A stretch of DNA of 64,000 nucleotides from Takakia lepidozioides (taxonomy: Eukaryota > Plantae > Bryophyta), in assembly GCA_030704615.1 (NCBI GenBank), contig CM060732.1, forward strand, positions 69,440,001-69,504,000, read 5' to 3'. A program made the position numbers and the translations under genes. Position 1 is the stretch's first letter; the number at the start of each line of letters is the position of its first letter. Positions 57,960 through 64,000 of the stretch are shown here, piece by piece. The notes under the pieces were generated by a model, which saw only the letters and a program-made list of their open reading frames with translations, had not been told where the DNA came from and did no database searches.

Positions 57960-59630
57960 ATTCCGGCCCAGAAGACCAACCAGATCAAACTGGCGTCAAC
58001 GCCACCTTCATCTGGCACATTCAGAGGGGAAAAAATAAAAAATAATAAAAATATTTTTTTGTTTTTTTGTTTTTTGGAAAACTTGCAAATGAACCCAACC
58101 CCTGCTTGCAAGCAAAGGACCTGGCGTTTACCCAGCATGGATTTCTGGTCACCTGGAAGAAGGACACGACAACGAATCATAAACCAAGCAATTTGTAGAT
58201 GCCATTCATCCCAAATAGCACACTAGAAGATCAGCCAGATTAAGGTGTTGTCAACGCACATTCGGGGAAAATAAAATAAAAATAAAACATTATTATTATA
58301 TTATTATTTTTTGAAAACTTGCAAATGAACCCAGCCCTTGCCTTGCAACAAAAGACTTGGCGTTTACCCAGCATGGATTTTTAGTCACCTGGAAGAAGGA
58401 CATGACAACGAATCATAAGCCGAGTAATTTGTAGATGCCATTCATCCCAAATAGCACACCAAAAAACCGGCCAGATTAAGGTGTCGTCAACCACACCTTC
58501 ATCTGGCACATTCGGGGAAATAAAATAAAATAAAATAATAAAATAATAATACTATTATTTTTTTTTGAAAACTTGCAAATGAACCCAACCCTTGCTTTGC
58601 AACAAAAGACCTGGCATTTACCAGCATAGATTTTTGGTCATCATGAAGTAGGACATGACAACGAATTATAAGCCGAGTCATTTGTTGATGCCATTCACCC
58701 CAAATAGCACACCAAAAGACCAGCCAGATTAAGGTGTCGTTGACGACACCTTAATCTCGCACATTCGGGAAAATAAAATAAAAAATAAAAATAAATAAAT
58801 AAATAAATAAATATATATATATTGGAAAACTTGCAAATGAATCCAACCCCTACTTTGCAAGCAAAAGACCTGGCATTTACCTAGCATGGATTTCTGGTCA
58901 CATGGAAGAAGGACATGACAACGAATCATAAGTTATATGGTCCGAGCAATTTGTAGACGCCATTCACCCCAAATAGCACACCCAAAGACAAGCCAGATTA
59001 AGGTGTCGTTGAAATATATATTGGGAAAAATAAAATAAAACAAATATATATATTGGAAAACTTGCAAATGAACCCAACCCCTACTTTGCAAGCAAAAGAC
59101 CGTTTACCCAACATGGATTTCTGGTCACATAGAAGAAGGACATGACAATGAATCATAAGTTATGTGGTCCGAGCAATTTGTAGATGCCATTCACCCCAAA
59201 TAACACACCAGAAGACCAGCCAGATTAAGGTGTCGTTGACGACACCTTAATCTGGCACATTTGGGAAAAAAAAAATATAAATAAATAAATTGGAAAACTT
59301 GCAAATGAACCCAACCCCTGCTTTGCAAGCAAAAGACCTAGCGTTTACCCAGCATGGATTTTTGGTCACATGGAAGAATGACATGACAACGAATCATAAG
59401 TTATGTGGTCCGAGCAATTTGTAGATGCCATTCATCCCAAATAACACACATTAAGGTGTCGTTGATGACACCTTAATCTAGCACATTCGGGGAAAAATAA
59501 AATAAAATAAAATAAAAATAAAGGTTGGAAAACTTGCAAATGAACCCAACCCCTCTTTGCAAGCAAAAGACTTGGCGTTCACCCAGCATGGATTTTTGGT
59601 CACATGGAAGAAAGACATGACAACAAATCA
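57960..59630. repeat. Tandem array of seven ~240-bp units
   Basis: AACTTGCAAATGAA recurs at ~58080, 58317, 58570, 58829, 59060, 59296, 59531; each unit has a variable-length A/AT-rich tract. Confidence 0.92.
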
Positions 59631-59875
59631 TGTGGAAAGCAAGGAGCTCCAATGTCATGGCGCAAAGTTCTGTTTTTTCTGTGGTCCCCTCGTTAAGAAA
59701 GAAGACGAGGTGTGCATCACAAAGATTCTAGCTTCAAAAGTGAGTAGACGACATGTAGTGCGGGAAATTGATCGTCCCCCAAAACAAAAAATACTAGTGG
59801 CTACTCTACATCTTGGGGTGGACCGAAAGTATGATATAGACTTCATAGCATCCAACAATGGTCCAGTCGATTTAT

Positions 59876-60044
59876 GAGTGGTCATGGGTTCAAAGTTCAA
59901 AGCCACATATGTGTATGCATTATAGATAACCGGGTCATGATCAACCAGTCCCTTAATGCGTGGGTACTTGAGGACTTTCTCCTCTTTTGGGGGGTTGGTA
60001 TCTTGTCAGCATAGCATAGGCAGGGCAAAAAAAAAAAAAAAAAA
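59876..60044 (+). mobile_element. 5'-truncated SINE with an A18 tail, same head family as 20190-20467
   Basis: gtggtcatgggttcaaag..ccacata..tcaacc..gtgggtacttgaggactt matches the intronic copy; poly(A) at 60027-60044. Confidence 0.55.
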
Positions 60045-60433
60045 CCCCCTTGGCACTATCCATGGTTATAGGGGTGATAAGTTGGAAATGGAAGTCCAAA
60101 TGCACGGTTCTAAGAGAATATATATTTGAAAACGGAGGTCTAAGTGAGCACAATGCACGGTTATAGGGGTAATATGTCTGAAAACAGACAATCCACGGTC
60201 ATAGGATAATATGTTTGAAAACGAAAATACAAGTTGCGTCTGCCGTTTTGGAGGAAGTTGGGACTTTTGTGATTCGGCTTTCTTGCTTCCTTTGCAGGTT
60301 TTCGGTCTCACAGCCTTGCTTTTATTCGGCCAGTTTTCGTTTGTTTTCAAAATTCAAAATGCTCACAAAATTGAATATTTGAACATGATCTTTCAAGCAG
60401 AAGCAAGAATCCATGCACTCTTCTCGAGCTACC

Positions 60434-62227
60434 CTACTTACGAACAAGAACAGCCAATATGTAGGTCAAGCCCAGCTTTCTGATCGACTTTGATCTCGCT
60501 CGTTCTGCCGCCCTTTGCCCAATGCGTTCAAAGAGTTTTGATGCCAAGTCTATTCCTATGTGCGCCTGAACGAGCGGGTTGAGTAAACTCTTGGTAAAAC
60601 TCTTGGTGAATTGCCCATATGCCTCAGGATTCGCTATCAGCTTCTTATCTTCATCGCCAGGAAAATACGGAAAGTCTTGCCACAGCTCAAGCCGTTTGAT
60701 GTGGAAGGCAGATGTTTCGCTTATAGCCTCTCGGACTTCATTCAAACTTCGACAAAATATTGGTACGTTAAACCCGTCTCTAGTGTCTGCATCAATTAAA
60801 CCCTGCACACAAAATTGGAACCAGAATCAGCTCCGTTAAATCGATTGCAAGTTTGCAATTCACTTGGTGCAAATTAACTCTAGACTCGATGGGCCAATAT
60901 TTCTCGCTTTACTAGTTCTGGAAGTGCCAATGGATGTTCAATCGTCCTAGAAAGTTGCGTTCCAATGCTAATAGGACAGTCGACAAACCCCACCTCAGAG
61001 ACGAACTCCTCCCATGTATCCTCCAGATCCCTGCCATACGGATGGGTGAAGCGCATATCGTCATCCAACTGGTTCTCTGGATGCTCCGAGTCTTTCCGGG
61101 CCAAGAGGAAAAAAAGAGCAGACCACCAGGCACAATTTCACGGGCCCGATTCCTAAGGAAGTTCCGCAAATCTTTTCTAGCCACTTGGGCAAATGCCTCA
61201 GCCACCGCAGGTCTCTCACCATCAATCCAAGCTCTGCCCCTGTTGTATGCCGGGGAGCTTTTGTCCCGGACTTCATGTGGAACCTGTGACGCAGTTAGAG
61301 TTTGTTGAACAATTCATCCCAAGTTCTAGATAGTGAAGTTGTCACTAATATCTGAGAAAGACGCGGACAGTCTGACCTGAACATTAGCTTCCTGCAAATC
61401 AGTTTCTGAGAACTTTGTGAAATATACTTCCTGCAGTATTTTACTACACAGGTGGCGTAAATCTTAAATACTGTCAAAAAGATAAAAAGGTGCTTGGACA
61501 TGCAATTAAGAATCTTCAGAATTGTGTACAAACTTCGATTTTCGATCTGCGAAAGTTGAAAGCAGCTTGGAAATAGATGTACCTCAGACATCCACATCAA
61601 GGAAAAAGTCGAAACCACAATGTGAAGGCTTGCACAAGGAAATATGCTATGGTAGAAGGACCCTGGGACGCCTGCTGCAAAATATGCGGTCTCCTGATCA
61701 GTTTCATTGCTAGTCATTCTCCGAGATACAGGCAGTTGCTGGAAAAGGGTGTTGAAGTCGTTTGAAGGAAGATCAGAGAAGAACATCTGAACTTCAGGCG
61801 CTGGAATGGATTGTGATGCATATTTTTCCTGCAAGCTCCTAACAATATAGCTCGCATATGAAAGTGTATTTGCTCCGACCGAACAGCCCAGGTCAGCCAC
61901 TCGAATCGAGCTCTCCCTAGGCAGTCGTTCATTAAGCTGCCTGATCGCGTCCCCTAAAATTGGATGTAGGTGAACGGTAGCGTGAGCTTGCATGGTTGAG
62001 TTTCGGGTATAACTTCCATCCCCTTCACCGCCCTCCATTCTCAGAGTGATCGCAGTAGCGTTGGCCTTCAAGTTCGAGTTGCCATAATTGGCTTTCAGGG
62101 ACGTCTTCACTGCGATTAGAATGTCAGATGAACTGTCTGCACCACGATGTCCGTTGCTCGCTGGTTCCAGACCAATCGACGTTCCTCCCGATTTGCATTC
62201 TTTAGCCAAGTTCTCGGACTCGTCCAT
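60434..62227 (-). CDS. SABATH family SAM-dependent carboxyl methyltransferase; 3 exons (62227-61583, 61283-~60994, ~60802-60434); frameshift in a T7 run as assembled
   Basis: MEGGEGDGSYTRNSTMQ, IRVADLGCSVGANT, FFSDLPSNDFNTLFQQLP, AAGVPGSFY, SLMWMSEVP, FLRNRAREIVPGG, DGFNVPIFCRSLNEV. Confidence 0.9.
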
Positions 62228-64000
62228 CAGCTGAACTGCTACTTTCGGAGACAATGTAACAACTCTTGTAAGACTAGTGTAGGACTGCAGAGAGAAGAGA
62301 TCAAGGTAAGCTCTAGATAGATGTTAGGTGATAATCCTCTGGCCAGCGTACGAGTGAACTGTAGTGAAAAGGTGACTACAGATTAAATATACAAAGAAAC
62401 TCGCAGCAACAACAGTAGTCACTCTCGAAGAAATTGTGAATTCACAAGGTCAGCAAGCGCAATCTGTCGATCGCACGCATGGAGCCTGTAGATGACTGCC
62501 ATGTTCAATATAAGGTGGAACTGGGGATAAGATGCGGAAGAAGGGTGCAGAAGGTTCGGTGGGGATGGATGCAGGGCTGGAGAAGCCATGGACCACTGCA
62601 CGTGCTTTGCATCCACCATCTCGGGCATGTGTATTGGTAAGAGTGCCGGCAGGAATCTTGGGCTGGTTCCTGCATTGGAGACCCAGCAAGGTGAGCTGCG
62701 TGTTTGGTGTGTGGTCTACAAAGGGTAAAGCCGCCATCTTCTCCATCCTGTGTATATCCTTGACATGTTCCGCCCTGCTGGGCACCCCACAAGAGGCTGG
62801 GCGCCACGTTCTTACTTTGGGAGAGCAGGGCCTACAGATTACGAAAAGGGCTCGCTATGATAACGTGGCCCCGGGATAGATTCCAGTATCCCAAGGTTAG
62901 ATTCTTAAATTATTCTATGGCCCTTGATAAAGATTCCGTGGCCTTTGGGTGAAGGTGTCCTAGGGGCCTATGGTATGTGAGGAATCTTTCATGCCTATAC
63001 TAGAATCTTATAAAGATTTTGTGTCCTAAGGTCAGGCTCCTTGCATATTTATGCCTCTCATTTTCCAATAATTGGGATGCTATGGCGTACGCGGACCGGT
63101 GGGCCCTGCGCACGGACGCCCGGCTTCCACCGCACGGTCGCCCACCTGCTGCCGCGGCCCACCAGCCGCGCCCGCGCTCCGCCGCGCCCCTAGTCCGCCC
63201 GCCAGTCCGCTGCCCGTGAGTCCAGTTCCCCTAAGTCTGCCAAACCGCCAGTTTGCTCTACACGCCAGTCCGCTGTACCCGTCTGCTGCCCCCAGTCTGC
63301 CAGTCTGCCAGTCTGCCAGTCCGCGCCGGCCGAAGGATCTGGATCGTCCATTCTGAGAAACCTATTCGCGCCATCCATGTTTAGGGCATGGAAGATCGTA
63401 ACACCCCGCCACGAACTCGCCCACTCGTTCTTGTTGTCTCGTTCTTGCGGCTCTTTGTTGTCCAATGTTGCGGAGGTGACTTTGCACACATGCGGCTGTT
63501 GTTCTTGTTTATGGTGATTTTAATGACGATAAAGGGTGTGCCTGAACATGAGAGGGCTGGCGGGGCTCTACAGCCACCATCGTGCATATGCTTCCACTAT
63601 TTTCGCCTTCGTTTTGTGCTGACGTGCTTATTTTTTAGGATGATATGTGGAAAAATTGCATGCGTTTACGGTTTGTGGTGTGTCTCCGAGTTCGAGCTCC
63701 TTCGTATGGAGTAGGAAACCATTGGTAACACGATAGCGGAAATCGCGGAAGCATATGCACGTGGGGGCGTGTATACATTGCAGAATTTATGTCCACCGAT
63801 GAGACTGTTCAAGGGAGGACGTCTCTGCCACCACATGTCTGGGAACTGCAGAGAGTGTGAACGGAACAGATCCAGTCCAAAGGTCCTCAAACATCTAGAT
63901 GCACCTCCTGAAACATCACATCTCAACCACTACCATCTCTTTGAAAACTGGACAATGGCAAAGGAGACGTAGCCTGAGAGATGTGGATTCACGTTGCTTG

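Noticed and set aside
57960-59630. Repeat array as a CRISPR locus
   Set aside because: Eukaryotic context, long units without unique spacers, no cas genes.
62830-64000. Possible LTR or new gene start with GC-rich GCCAGTCY repeats
   Set aside because: No partner LTR, PBS or identifiable ORF inside the window.

Overview
Eukaryotic, intron-containing land-plant nuclear DNA; the style of the PLS-PPR repeats suggests a seed-free plant such as a moss (inference). Host genes: the last exon of a probable pseudouridine-5'-phosphate glycosidase, a short Elongin-A-like ORF, a REM-type gene with three B3 domains, a CHCHD2/10-like twin-CX9C gene, MET1 (PDZ+TPR) head-to-head with the complex I 24-kDa subunit, cytosolic RPS10, a PLS-DYW RNA-editing PPR gene plus a PPR pseudogene, a DUF707 gene and a SABATH methyltransferase. 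Mobile DNA: L1-type LINE remnants, three 3' ends of a LINE family that lacks a poly(A) tail and sits next to TC-rich sequence, a tRNA-derived SINE family, a Tourist-like MITE, a CACTA end, and a Ty1/Copia element whose two halves are inverted relative to each other at a nested Mutator-like insertion, followed by a ~240-bp x7 tandem array. Most interesting: a duplicated ~300-nt non-coding element with conserved long-range helices just downstream of the DYW gene, the split and inverted Copia, the TC-associated LINE family, and a SABATH with the SAMT-type Met150 signature. Two coding lesions (MET1 exon 1, SABATH exon 2) may be assembly errors. All calls were made by eye without database searches.
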